Translations under genes and position numbers: made by a program
Shown here: piece by piece, positions 1-21,369 of the stretch
Numbering within the stretch: position 1 is the stretch's first letter
Layout of the letters: every line of letters begins with the position of its first letter
Source: the human T2T-CHM13v2.0 reference genome, Homo sapiens
Length of the DNA: 64,000 nucleotides
Strand: one strand, 5' to 3'
Assembly (NCBI RefSeq): GCF_009914755.1
Contig: NC_060926.1
Notes under the pieces: generated by a model
What the model saw: only the letters and a program-made list of their open reading frames with translations
Told to the model about the DNA's origin: nothing
Databases searched by the model: none

Positions 1-50
1 AATTCAAAATATGGGGATATTGCTTTTAGTAGCTTAACCTCAAGTAATAA

Positions 51-375
<325 letters not shown>

Positions 376-1089
376 TGAGCCACCCCAGCCTATATACTTA
401 CTTTCTGTCTGGGAGGTAGTTTCTAAAACCAAGGTTTTCTCATTCTTATTACTGTTGACTGACTGGAAATAAAATTTTTGATATAAAGTATTATGTGTAA
501 AAAACAAAATATATTATGTGTAAAAAGTCATTTAATGCTTTATATTTCTAGTACTGAACTATAGATTGGTTGCATACTAATTCACAGGATACTCAGTATT
601 CGCTTTCTTTCTTTCTTTTTTGTTTAGATACAGGGTCTTGCTGTGTTGCCCAGGCTGGTCTCAAAGTGGGCTCAAGTGATCCTCCCGCCTTGGTCTCCCA
701 AAGTGCTGGCATTACAGGTTTAAGGCACTATGTCTGGCCTCATACTTTTTAAAAGATGAAATTCTTAGAAGAATTTTTTTTTTTTAGATGGAGTCTCGCT
801 CTTGTTTCCCAGGCTGAAGTGCAGTAGTGTGATCTCGGCTCACTGCAACCTCCGCCTCCCAGGTTCAGGCGATTCTCTTCCCTTAGCCTCTACAGGTGTG
901 CGCCACCATACCTGGCTAATTTTTGTATTTTTAGTAGAGACGGGGTTTTACCACATTGGCCGGGCTGGTCTCAAACTCCTGACCTCCGGTGATCTGCCTG
1001 CCTCGGCCTCTGAAAGTGCTGGGATTACCAGCATGAGCCACCATGCCTGGCCCAGAAGAATTTTTTTAAGTGTAATACAATAAAAACAA

Positions 1090-1290
1090 TTAACATTTAT
1101 TAAGCACTTACTCCTGCGCAGAGCTTTACAGATTATTTAGTCTTTCAAACACCTCTATGAGGTAGGTGTTATTATTATCAACATCCCCATTTCGCAGGTA
1201 TTAGTAATAGAGATGACGTAGCTGGGGAGTGGTAGAGCCAGAATTTAAATCTGGGGAACTGATCCCATTACTTCCTCCCTTAACGCACAC
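1090..1290. mobile_element. MIR fragment
   Basis: CATTTATTAAGCACTTAC...CTATGAGGTAGGTGTTATTATT...CCCCATTT...GTGGTAGAGCCAGAATTTAAATC resembles the MIR core. Confidence 0.7.
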
Positions 1291-1784
1291 ATCAGTGTGT
1301 ACAGTATCTCATAGTGTTGCCACTCAGTAAATAGTGTAGGATATAATGATTGCTCCAAATCCTGCTCATAGATTGATCATTTTCCCCAATTTTGAAATAT
1401 CACTGAAAAACTATAACTTCGATGGCTTGTAAAACATGCAGGTATGGAAATTTCAGAAGGAGCCTAAGTGCCACACAGACTTAGTAAATCAAAGTCCTGT
1501 TAAACATACATACAATAACTAGCACCCAGGACATTGCTGATTCAAGTTCATCATTGCTGCTGTTGAAATCACCTCTTTAATTTGATGGCATGACTCAGGG
1601 AGAATGCAGCTTCAGCACAGTTATTCAGAATAAGGTAACTATATTCTAGTGCCTGTTTTACCATTAGCAATTACTTTCCCATAATTGAGACAGACTGCTG
1701 TCAATTTAGTTATTATTTTTCCAGTTCTTAGAAAATTCCTGAAGAAAATACTTAGGTAAATAAATTTTGGCTGCCTAGTGATGA

Positions 1785-2230
<446 letters not shown>

Positions 2231-3095
2231 TAGTCCTAGATTCTTAAAAGTATATTCAATTCACACCTAATCAGAAAGAATGGTTTTCATGTTTGCTTTA
2301 TTTCTATATTTGAATACTTAAATATTTCATTCATAGAAACGTGATGTTTTCTAATCCAGGACACTCGAGTTTATAATATTTCCATGATGAAGTTCATGGA
2401 GCTTCCCAACCTTACTTAAAAAAAAAAAAAAAAGCCATCCAGGCACAATGGCTTACATCTGTAATCCTAGCACTTTGAGAGGCTGAGGTGGGAGGACTGC
2501 TTGCGCTGAGTTCAAGACCAGCCTGGGCAACATGGCAAGATCCTGTCTCTAAAAAAGATACAAAAATTAGCCAAGTGTGGAGGTATGCACCTGTGGTTCC
2601 AGCTGCTTGGGAGGCTGAGGTGGGAGAATCACTTGAGCCCAAAATGTTGAGGCTGCAGTGCCCCACTGCACTCCAGCATGGACAACAGAATGAGGCCCTG
2701 TCTGTAATAAAAAAGGCTAGCCAGGTGCCGGGGCTCATGCCTATAATCCCAGCACTTTGGGAGGCTTAGGTGGGAGGACTGCTTGAGCCCAGGAGTTCAA
2801 GACCAGCCTGGGCAACATAGTGAGACCCTATCTCTATTGTTTTTTTAAAAAGCCAGATAAGTAGGAAAGGAAATTATTTCAATTTACATCCACAATTGTA
2901 CAAGTGTTTTAAATATGGATACAGTTAACAAGAATGAATATTATTCAAGATAATTAAACATTTTAGAATAAAATAGAAAATAAAATGTAAGAAATGTGAA
3001 TTATTTAGTCCAGTAAAATACACTGTCTAAAATATATTCAAAATATGTTTATATTTTTTATAATTTTAAAGTAAGTTTTGTCAGCATATGTATGA

Positions 3096-3416
<321 letters not shown>

Positions 3417-3787
3417 TAACTTCTACTGAATTGCTAATCATTTGGAAGAGGTTTTGATAAATTTGGGTCTCCTATCAACAAATTTAAAGAAATAGAAGAT
3501 AGTGTCCTGAAGAACCAATAAATTGCACAGTATGATAAATGGAAATGGTTACTAGTTGATAACAGAGCAAAAAACCTTATGGGAATCCAAGTGGCTACCA
3601 AGCTTACATGAATCACCAGTACTAAGATGGTGAACAAATAGGAATAGTTAATGATTATAGTTGCTTTGCCAGAAGAAGAAAAGTTTAAGGCATGATACAA
3701 TAATTGCATGTAAGAATATAACTGGACCGAGCACAGTAGCTCACACCTGTAATCCCAGCACTTCGGGAGGCTGAGGCGGGCGGATCA

Positions 3788-4027
<240 letters not shown>

Positions 4028-4297
4028 TTATTAATCAAACCTGCTTAGTAAAGGAGTTCTAATTGACAGTGAACTTATCACTTGGATGGGAGAGAAAATG
4101 GTGACCAACACCTTTGATGTATTAGTTTGGTGGGAGCGGGGAGTTCAGGGGAAAAAAAGACGCTGAGGGAAAGAACTATGGGCCCAATAGGAAGTTGATA
4201 TCTGGAATCTTTTTGGTCACTAAATAAGCTAGATTGCATCAGAGACTCTAGCAAAAACAATAATTTCTCAGATGTTTATTGTGTGTGACCATGCTGA

Positions 4298-4678
<381 letters not shown>

Positions 4679-5032
4679 TAAGAGGATCTATTTAGTAAAA
4701 TTCCTTGCCTAGTGCCCTAATCAGTATCTTGATGCCTGGGAAAAATTAACTATTACCCCCAGGAGTGAGCAGTTGACTTCCTTTACTCAACAGTAAGGAT
4801 GGGGCATAATAATTAGGGTTAACATCAGAAAGTTCACATTTAAGAGCATGTTGAATACTGCCCAGGGTACAATTTCAAGTAGGCACAGTCCTTGCCTAGT
4901 AACCTGAATTGTAAAGCTGTGAAGAATTGCAGTCACTGTATTAGAAGCATAAAAGGTTTCTGCCCCTTTTTAGGGTGTTTTTCATTTTCTTTCTGAAAAT
5001 TGCTATTGTTACACATGTACTTACTGAATTAA

Positions 5033-5248
<216 letters not shown>

Positions 5249-5890
5249 TAGCTAGGACTACAGGCGTGTGCCACCACACCCGGCTAATTTTTGTATTTTT
5301 TTAGTAGAGATGGGGTTTCACCATGTTGGCTAGGCTGGTCTCGAACTCCTGACCTCAAGCAGTCTGCCTGCCTCAGCCTCCCACAGTGCTGGGATTAGAG
5401 GCGTGAGCCACGGTGCCCGGCAAGACCCAAATATATTATTAAAGATAATTTGAAATCTTTTCTGGCACTCAGATTTATATGGGGTACCAATTCTTTACAA
5501 GATATTTGTCCTAATACCCCATTTTAATTTTTTAATTTTTTTATTTTTTTTGAGACGGAGTCTCATTCTGTCATCCAGGCTGGAATGCAGTGGCATGATC
5601 TCAACTCACTGTAGCTTCCACCTCCTGGGTTCAAGCAATTCTCCTGCCTCATCTTCCTGAGTAGCTGGGATTACAGGTGCCCACCACGATGCCCAGCTAA
5701 TTTTTGTATTTTTTTTTTTTTTTAGTAGAGACAGGGTTTTTGCCATGCTGGCCAGGGTGGTCTTGAACCCCTGACCTCAAGTGATCCGCCTGCCTCAGCC
5801 TCCCAAAGTGCTGGGGTTACACACGTGAGCCACCATGCCCGGCCTAATATCCTGTTTTTAAATGAGAATTATTTCAGTCTTACCAAAGGG

Positions 5891-5990
5891 ATATATATAT
5901 ATATACATATATATATACACACACATACACACACACACACACGTGTGTGTATGTATATATGTGTGTCTGTGTATATATATATATATATAT
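5891..5990. repeat. Compound (TA)n/(CA)n/(TG)n microsatellite
   Basis: Directly visible alternating purine-pyrimidine tract. Confidence 0.95.
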
Positions 5991-6018
5991 TTTTTTTTTT
6001 TTAATTTATTTTTTTTGA

Positions 6019-6326
<308 letters not shown>

Positions 6327-6935
6327 TAAGTCAAGTCCAAATGAAGGATGTGCAGACAAAGTAAACTTTTAATAGTTGTTTATCACTTCTATAATACACA
6401 CGATGTCAATGAACCTGTAGAAGATGCACTTCATGTATGACTGGGAATGATGTGAGAGGAAATTATTAGGTAAGCATATTAGAGGAAAACCATCAGAGAT
6501 ATGGGGAGTAAAAGGAGTAAGGAGCCCATCCCATCTCATATGGAACTAAAAGGTTTGAAAAAAGATTGACACATGCACTTGGCTAGGAGAGTGATGGATA
6601 AACAAGGAGAGAGTAACGGTCACAGAGGACACACACAGGAGTTACGGAGGAATAACCCCATTTTCCCAAGGGAATGCAGCTGCCCACGCATACACCTTCC
6701 CTTACTCCATTTCCCCCAGGTTTGCAGATACAAAATAAGCCCCATCCCATGAAAGGGTGTGGCTGTTTAGTTCCTGCTAAGTACACAATACATTTCCACT
6801 TTATGCTTTATGGGAATTGTAGCTGGAGGAGCTACAGAAAGGCATATGTTCTATTATTATTTAACTTTATCCACATAACGATATACCTCAGATCAAGGCT
6901 AGGTTGCTCCCAGCCTTTTTTTTTTTTTTTTTTGA

Positions 6936-7094
<159 letters not shown>

Positions 7095-7227
7095 TAATAG
7101 AGACAGGGTTTCACCATGTTGGTCAGGCTGGTGTCTAACTCCTGACCTCGTGATCCACCTGCCTTGGCCTCCCAAAGTGCTGGGATTACAGGCGTGAGCC
7201 ACCGCGCCTGGCCTTCTCCCAGTCTTA

Positions 7228-8006
<779 letters not shown>

Positions 8007-8009
8007 TCA

Positions 8010-8317
<308 letters not shown>

Positions 8318-9029
8318 TTAGTGAAATTCAGTCATGCTTTCTTGTTTCTTTTAGACTTCAACACTATCCCAGGACTTCCCATCAGCAAAGTAGATGCTTT
8401 TGTTCTACAACAATGGGGCAAGGTCCCCCTACCCACAGGAACATGAAGAAAATCCCAAAGTCTTGGAAGAGTTTAAAGATCTCAAGAGGCTCAGTTTCTG
8501 TCTTAGTTTGCCTTGTGACTTGACACTTTCTTTAATTCAGAAAATAATTTATATTAATAATGTACAGTACATAGTCTGGCAGGGAGGTTACTTATGTTGC
8601 TGAAGGATACAGTAAATCTCATAAAGCGGAAATGAAACAGGAGAAACTGTAAAACTAGTTTGGCTTTCACCCCTGTACTCAAACTATAGTACCATTTTAC
8701 TGAAACTATAATACTAAATATGTTATTTGAGGAATATTACTTCATTTGGGCCTAGTACTTAACTACTCTATAGCAGCAGAGACTGGACAATTATGTGCCA
8801 AGGTTCTTGAACTATATTTAAAAGCTTAAAAAGGCCAGGGATGGTGGCTCAGACCTGTAATCCCAGCACTTTGGGAGGCTGAGGTAGGTGTATCACTTGA
8901 GCCTAGGAGTTGGAGACCAGTCTGGGTAACATGGTGAAACCCTGTCTCTACAAAAAATACAAAACAGGCTGGAGGCAGTGGCTCACGCCTGTTATCCCAG
9001 CACTTTGGGAAGCTGAGGCAGGCAGATCA

Positions 9030-9308
<279 letters not shown>

Positions 9309-9637
9309 TTAGCTGGCCATCATAGTACATGCCTGTAGTCCCAGCCACTTGGGAGGCTGAGGCAGGAGGATCACTTGAGTACAGGAGTTTGAGCCTGCAG
9401 TGAGTCATGATCCTGCCACTTCACTCCAGCCTGGGCAGAGCAAGAACCTCACTCAGGAAGATATAATAAAATAAAAGCTTAAATAATTTGAAACGAAGGG
9501 AAGGGCCTCAACTCTATCCTAAATACAACAGAAGACTCACCAACTTTATACTGGACACAAGTGCAGTAGAGTTTGGTATGCGGTAAGTGATGAGAAAATA
9601 GTTATAGATTGATAAATTACAGAGGTTTCATTTTTAA

Positions 9638-9820
<183 letters not shown>

Positions 9821-10039
9821 TAAAAATTTTTTGTAGAGATGAGGTCTCACTACATTGTCCAGACTGGTCTCCAACTCCTGGGCTCAAGCAATCCTCCCAC
9901 CTTGGCCTCTCAAAATGCTGGGATTACAGGCGTGAGCCATGGTGCCCAGCCTGTTTTCTCTTTTTATGTCCCTCTTTACCACTGTGATACATACTACAGG
10001 GCTCTAGCAAGAACTAATATCTATTCTTTCGTTAGGGCA

Positions 10040-10626
10040 GTTTTAATTCTTTCATACTCCTCTCATCAAGAGGTGAGGTGTATGTTTCCCCCACTTGAAT
10101 CCTGGTGGGTTCAGAGCCTGGCTTGACCAATAAAATTCAATGGAAGTGATGTCATATAATTTCTGAGGTTAAGTCATAAAAAGTCTCGCAGCTTCCTCTG
10201 TGATCTCTAAGAATTACCTTGCCCTTGGAGCCTTGAGCTACCCTATAAGAAGTCCAACTAACCAGAGGCTGACTTGCTGAATAGGCCACAGGAAGATCCT
10301 TTCTGGAAGGCAATCCCATCTGATCATGTCATTCCACCATTCCAGCCTAGGAGCTGAACATACGAGTGAAGATGCCATGTGGGAACTGAATCCTCCAGCC
10401 AGAACTGTTCAAACTTCTTCAGTCCCTAGTTGTTTGAGTCATCCCTAAATATTCCAGTCATCCAGCTGAGGCCCTGGCCTTGTAGAACAGAGAAGAGTTG
10501 CCCCCCTAACTGCTGTGCCCTTTCTGTATTCTGGACCCATGGACTCTCAGGAACCTAACAAAATGGTTGTTTTACATCAGTAAGTTTTGGGGTAGTTTGT
10601 TGTGCAGCAATAGGTAAGTGGAACAC
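10040..10626 (+). mobile_element. MaLR LTR, MLT1-type
   Basis: TTGACCAATAAAATTCAATGGAAGTGATG, plus the typical 3' end AAAATGGTTGTTTTA...GTAAGTTTTGGGGTAGTTTGTTGTGCAGCAATAGGTAAGTGGAACA. Confidence 0.75.
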
Positions 10627-10649
10627 CTCTCAGAATCTGTGTGTTTTAG

Positions 10650-11145
10650 TTGGGGAGATAGCTGCCCAGCTAGATACTGCATTTCCCAGCCTCCTCACTT
10701 ACGGGTGAACGTGGCTGTAAGTCCTGTGTAGGGTATGTGAATGGAAGATGCAATTTCCAAGTCATATCAATAAAATGTTAAGTGCTCATTCTCCGCTTGC
10801 ATTCCCTCACCGCTTCTTTCTGGCACACCGACCTGGGGTACACAGATATTAAGGACGGCTGTCACAGATTGGATTCCCTAGGAAGCAGACTCAGAGCAGT
10901 TTAGCATGCAGAATATTTATTAAGGCGTTCCCTGGGAGTCAACACCTGTGTAAGGGAGGGGACAAAAGCAAGAGCGGGCAAAAGGAAAAGTTGAGCTGCA
11001 ATGCAGATTCAATGGCAGCCTCAGCCAACCCCACAGAGAGGTCAGGAGCTAAAGTGGTCCTTCAGAATTGTCCCTCATTGGGCTGAGATGGCTAGACCTT
11101 TATACCTCCACAGGTATCAGTCATTGGATGGGGGTCATCCTGGCA
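10650..11145. mobile_element. ERVL LTR remnants (LTR16/LTR33-like)
   Basis: CTGCATTTCCCAGCCTCC, and TGTC...GGATTCCCTAGGAAGCAGAC...TTTATT, resemble old ERVL LTRs. Subfamily uncertain. Confidence 0.5.
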
Positions 11146-11172
11146 TATGCTTTTGCAAAGTTATAATCAGGA

Positions 11173-11745
11173 TATATTAGTCATCTATTATTGCATAACA
11201 AAATAATCCAAAACTTAGTGACTAAAAACATGCATTTATTATCTCACAGTTGCTGTGTGCTAGAAATCCAGAAGCATGAGGTTGGGTGCTTCTGACTGAA
11301 GATATTTCAGGTTGCAGTTAAGCTGTCAGCTGGGGCAGCAGTCATCTCAACTCTATTGAGGCCAAAGGATTCAGCTCACTCACGTGGTTGCTGGTAGGCC
11401 CCTTCCTTACCACAGGATGCCCCTCTGAGCATGAGAGTATTCCTCAAGACCAAGGAGGAAGCTGCCTATGGGACCTCAGAACATGGAAGGTGGTGATCAA
11501 GCGTGGGAGAACCATAGAGAACCCAAAAACGAAACCCAAGAAGAATTAGGTTTTAAAACCTAATCTCAGTAGAATTAGGTTTTAAAACCTAATCTCAGTA
11601 GAATTAGGTTTTAAAACCTAATCTCAGTAGCGACATCCTTATTCATTAGAAGTAAGTTCAGCCCACACTCAAGGGTAGCGGATTACCCAAGGTCATCCCA
11701 GGAGGCAGGGATCATTGAGGCCATTTTAGAGTCTTCCTACCACAC
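11173..11745 (-). mobile_element. MaLR LTR, MLT1-type
   Basis: TATTAGTCATCTATTATTGCATAACAAAATAATCCAAAACTTAGTG...TTTATTATCTCACAGTT is the reverse complement of an MLT1 3' end. The element ends GGCCATTTTAGAGTCTTCCTACCACA. Confidence 0.7.
11542..11628. repeat. Perfect 3x tandem repeat of a 29-bp unit containing a 20-bp palindrome
   Basis: AGAATTAGGTTTTAAAACCTAATCTCAGT at 11542, 11571 and 11600. Confidence 0.97.
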
Positions 11746-11782
11746 ATACCATGCATAAGATTTTGTATACTTATATTTTTAC

Positions 11783-12594
<812 letters not shown>

Positions 12595-12725
12595 ACAATA
12601 TGTTGTTTCTAAAAATTATAAAGCAGTATATTGTAAAATTTTTCAAATGTTTGATCAAGGTATAAAATTCATTTCCTTATACTATACCACATGTTAATTG
12701 ATCCAGGGGTAATCACAATTAAGTT

Positions 12726-12731
12726 TTTATT
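12726..12731 (-). terminator. Candidate distal poly(A) signal AATAAA for NDUFS1
   Basis: TTTATT on the + strand. The position fits my recollection of a roughly 9-kb 3'UTR NDUFS1 annotation, which cannot be verified here. Confidence 0.4.
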
Positions 12732-13442
12732 GTATCTGCTGAGATACTTTCCATACACACGTAAGCATATACATATATACACACACACACATTATTGTAC
12801 ACTTAATTTATGTCCTTAATACATTCTGAAGCACTTTCCATATCAGCACGTTGAGATCTAGCTCATTGGTTTAAACATCTGCATGTTTCATTTTATGATT
12901 ATACAAAAAAATTTTTCAGCAGTTCCCTATTGATGGATATTTACATATTTTTGTTTTGTCTGACATGACAAACATTGCAAATGTACATCCTTTGTCTCAT
13001 GATGAATCATGCCTTGAGTCTCACTCATATCTGATTTAGATGAGACTTTGGACTTTGACTTTAAAGTTGATGCTGGAACAAGTTAAGACTTTTTAGGGGC
13101 TATTGGGATGGAATGAATTTATTTTGCATGTGAGGACATGAATCTGGGGAGCCCAAGGTGTGGAATGCTATGTTTTGAATGTGTTGTCTCCACAATTCAT
13201 GTGTTGGAAACTTAATCCCAATGCAACAGGGTTGGGAGGCGGAGCCTTCTGGGAGATGATTAGGTCACAAGGACTCTGGCCTCATATTTGATTGATGCCA
13301 TTATAAAAAGGGTTTGCGGGAGCATGTTAGCTCTCCCTTGCCCTTCCATCTTCTGCCATGGGAGGACAGCAAGAAGGCCCTTCCCAGATGCTGGCACCTG
13401 ATCATGGTCTTCCTGGCCTCCAGAATTGTAAGAAGTAAATTT

Positions 13443-14463
13443 TTTTTTTTTTTAACGAAGAAGTGAGTATTTTATTATTTTGCTGTACAGCTGTTGCTTC
13501 ACTATATAAAAACAGCACCAGCAAATGCAGTGTATTGCAAAATTAAGATAGTGTTGTTCTTCATCTGACACTGTACAAGCAACAAAAACTTCTTCACTCC
13601 CAGTTATTTCCAATGGAAAGATCATTAAGTATTTCATCCCAAGTCCAGGTATGGACATACACAAGTTACAATATTATATAAGGCTTAAGAATAACAACAT
13701 TATCTTTGAATTATGTAATTTTTGTAACTAATTTTTACCATGGATAATTTCATGGATAATTTCATGAATACTAGAGCCTAGTCTAAAAATCATAGGATGT
13801 TGTGAAAAAGACACATATTATGTTTATCTACAATCATTAGAAAGTTAAAAGGCATCTTCTTTCATTAGCAGTGTTAACAGTAGTTTTTTTTTCCCATGGG
13901 TAATGCTAAAAGTTGCTATTCTAAGTCTTCTATCCACCACTAATTTAGGACAACTCTGCTGGGTTGCGTTATTTCATACTAGCTTATTTAGTGGTTCCAT
14001 TTTCACTCCTCAATAGATTTTATGTATTTCTCATATGCTTCTTCACTCATAAGTTCATCTAGTTATGAAGGGTTACTCAGTGTCATCTTGATCAGCCAAC
14101 CATCTTCATAACGAGATTTGTTTACAAGTCCTGGATTTTCTGCAAGAGCTTCATTAATTTCGGTTACTTCTCCTGATAAAGGAGAATAGAGTTCACTAGC
14201 AGCTTTCACACTCTCCAAAGCACCAAACTCATCTTGTTTGTTCAATTTTGTCCCAACTTCAGGCAGATTACAGTAACCAGACGGCGCCCATCCCAAGCTG
14301 CCAGGGCCTCGATAGGCAGGGCGCGGCAGGTGCCAGGACCACGTGCAGGCTGCAGAGCACGGCCCGCACGCTCCGCACCACTCGCAGCGCCATGTTCCCA
14401 GGGGTGCGGGGATGGCAGCGCTACGCCTCAGCCACTCGCGCGGGGAGGCGGGGCGGTGTGGGC
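13443..14463 (-). pseudogene. GCSHP3: Processed pseudogene of glycine cleavage system H protein (GCSH; probably the locus named GCSHP3)
   Basis: ATG at 14393 gives [38 protein letters not shown]. After a frameshifting deletion it reads [54 protein letters not shown]...NPS*LDELMSEEAYEKYIKSIEE* (stop 14003-14005). Intronless, AATAAA at 13471-13476, poly(A) at about 13443-13453, TSD AGAAGTAAATTT at 13431-13442 and 14464-14475. The P3 number is from memory. Confidence 0.93.
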
Positions 14464-14496
14464 AGAAGTAAATTTCTTTATAAATTACCCAGTCTG

Positions 14497-15100
<604 letters not shown>

Positions 15101-15329
15101 ATCACCCAGTCTGTGATATTCTGTTTTAACAGCAGAAACAAAGACAACTAGACATGCCCACTGTGTTATGTACTTACCTCTATTAGAATATGTTATGTCA
15201 TTACTATAATTGATGCCTACATATCTCTTTTAGTATACTGTTAGCTTCTTGAGGACATTAGCTAAATTGTATTTCTCTTTGTAGTCTTGGGTAATGTACT
15301 TGACACACAGTAGATACTCTGCAAAAAAA

Positions 15330-17606
<2,277 letters not shown>

Positions 17607-17748
17607 CAAGTATATTTTTAATTAATGTATTCATTATAATACAATTTACTACAAATTTGAGGGGGGAGGCTTTCCATATGGAATTCAAGATATTTTTGGA
17701 TATATATTCAACTTTTTTTTTTAAGAGTTGGGGGTCTTGTTATGTTGC

Positions 17749-18721
17749 TGATATGGTTTGGATGGCTGTCACTTCCAAATCTCATGTTGAAATGTAACCC
17801 CCAATGCTGGAGGTAGGGCCTCGTGGGAGGTATAGAATCATGGGGCAAATCCTTCATGAATGGCTTGGCACCATCACCTTGGTGATGAGTGAGATCTTAG
17901 TTCATGTGAAATTTGGTTGTTTAGAGTCTGGGACCTCCTCCTCTCTCTTGCTCCCTCTCTCACCATGTGATATGCTCGCTCCCATTTTGCCTTCTACCAT
18001 GATTGTAAGCTTCCTGAGGCCCTCATCAGAAGCAGCTGCTGGTGCCATGCTTTGTGTACAGCCTGCAGAAACTGTAAGCCAATTAAATCTCTCTTTTGCA
18101 AGAATTACCCAATCTCAGATATTCCTTTACAGTAATGCAAACAGATTAAAACAGATTAGTACTGACAGTGGGGCACTGCTATACATATTGGAAAATGTAG
18201 AAACAGCTTTGGAACTGGGTAACAGGCAGAGGTTGGAAGAATCTGGAGGGCTCAGAAGACAGAAAGATGAGGGAAAGTTTGGAACTTAGAGACTAGTTAA
18301 GTGGTTGTGACCAAAATGCTGATAGACATATGGTGAAGTCCAGAGTGATGAGGTCTCAGATGGAAATGAGGAAGTTATTGGGAACAGGAATAAAGGTACA
18401 TCTATGTCATGCTTTAGCAAATAGCTTGGGTGCATTGTGTCCAGGCCCTAGGAATCTGTGGAAGTTTGAACTTAAGAGTGATGACTTAGGGTATCAGGGT
18501 ATCTGGCAGAAGAAATTTCTAAGCAGCAAAGCATTCAAGATGTGGCCTGGCTGATGCTAGCAGCCTACAATCAGATATGGAAGCAAAGAAATAACTTAAA
18601 GTTGGAACATATTTAAAAGGGAAGCAGAGCGTAGAAGTTTGGAAAATTCACAGACTAGTCATGTGGCAGAGAAGGAAAAAGCACTTTGAGGAGAGGAATA
18701 CAAGCAGGCTGCAGGAATACA
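17749..18721 (+). mobile_element. MST (MaLR) 5' LTR (17749-18153) plus internal sequence, inserted in a FLAM-type monomer
   Basis: LTR start TGATATGGTTTGG...AAATCTCATGTTGAAATGTAA. Internal sequence GCTTTGGAACTGGGTAACAGGCAGAGGTTGGAAGA. Flanks GTTGC and GTTGT. FLAM halves at about 17712-17748 and 18722-18816. Confidence 0.85.
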
Positions 18722-19334
18722 GTTGTCCATGCTGGACTCAACTCATTTGCTCAAGCAATCCTTGTGCCTCAGCCTCCCAAGTAGCTGGGGCTATAGCTTG
18801 TGCCATCATGCTCAGCTATTCACCTTACATTGCTGTCCAAAATGTTTTCATTTGAGGCAACCTGGGATAGTAAAAGTACTTCTAATTAAACACTCCTGCC
18901 ATTAGTATCTAGCTGTGTAGCCATAAATAAGTTATTTGATATTTCTTGAGTCTCAATTAATACCTACTATTAGCAGAGATTTTGTGAAGAATAGTCTTAA
19001 TGTATTTAAAGCTTTAATGGCACTTATTTAGAAGGTCCTCAGGAAATGGTATTATTATTCCAAGGTCTTTCTAGATTGCCTTATTCACCTAAAGAGACTT
19101 GATCTTGAGCCTTTGTAGATTTTCTCATTGGTGATTCCTTCACTGCTTAGAATGTCATGATTCCACCAGACAGGTTACTCTCATCTACGTGTATTTTTCT
19201 TACATCTTTTTCAGTCTATTTTTCTCTAGCAATTATCTTCAATGTTTATGCTTACAATAACCTTAGTATTTGGCATTACGACACTAATATGTGCCCATGA
19301 GACAGACGGAGCACTACTTATCCCAGAGGAGGTA

Positions 19335-20927
<1,593 letters not shown>

Positions 20928-20992
20928 TTAGATTAAAAAAAAAAATTATCTATTTTTAATTATCTCCTAATTGTAAAATTTTTACTTCCTTT

Positions 20993-20998
20993 TTTATT
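20993..20998 (-). terminator. Candidate NDUFS1 poly(A) signal AATAAA (ATTAAA also at 21732-21737)
   Basis: TTTATT on +, about 1.08 kb downstream of the NDUFS1 stop. Confidence 0.45.
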
Positions 20999-21369
20999 TT
21001 TTTAAATTCTCAGTGATCCTTATTCTGATTCCTTTTGGTTTTGACAATTAAAAATTATGAAAGCTGGTTGTTTTGTCTCCTATTGCTGAAATAATTTAGT
21101 TGATTTAACACTACAGATGGTGTTAGGATAATGAATACAGAACATCAATGAGAATCTAAATTATATCTCTTGAGACCTCCCTCATTCCAAGGGAGGTCTC
21201 ATAAGTATACATGCATACATGTATAACTTATAAAAAAAAAAAAGCCACATAAATCACCATGACATTATAGAAGCAGATTCAAGAGAAAATAGAAAAATGT
21301 GTTCACCATTAAACTCAATACTAATTTTTAGAAGTAACAACCTATAGAATCAACATTAATGAGACGAAA

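Noticed and set aside
11542-11630. CRISPR-like look of the palindromic 29-bp repeats
   Set aside because: The linkers are identical and only 9 nt, there are no cas genes, and the context is primate DNA. It is a tandem duplication.
14063-14296. 77-aa GCSH-like ORF as a functional protein
   Set aside because: It starts at TTG, lacks the transit peptide and N-terminal domain, ends at a premature stop, and has retrocopy hallmarks.
17804-18554. 161-aa and 74-aa ORFs
   Set aside because: They lie in MST LTR/internal sequence and are chance or decayed MaLR frames.
21060-21073. 14-nt reverse-complement match to 59889-59902
   Set aside because: Matches of this length are expected by chance within 64 kb, and the two transcripts would carry it in the same sense.
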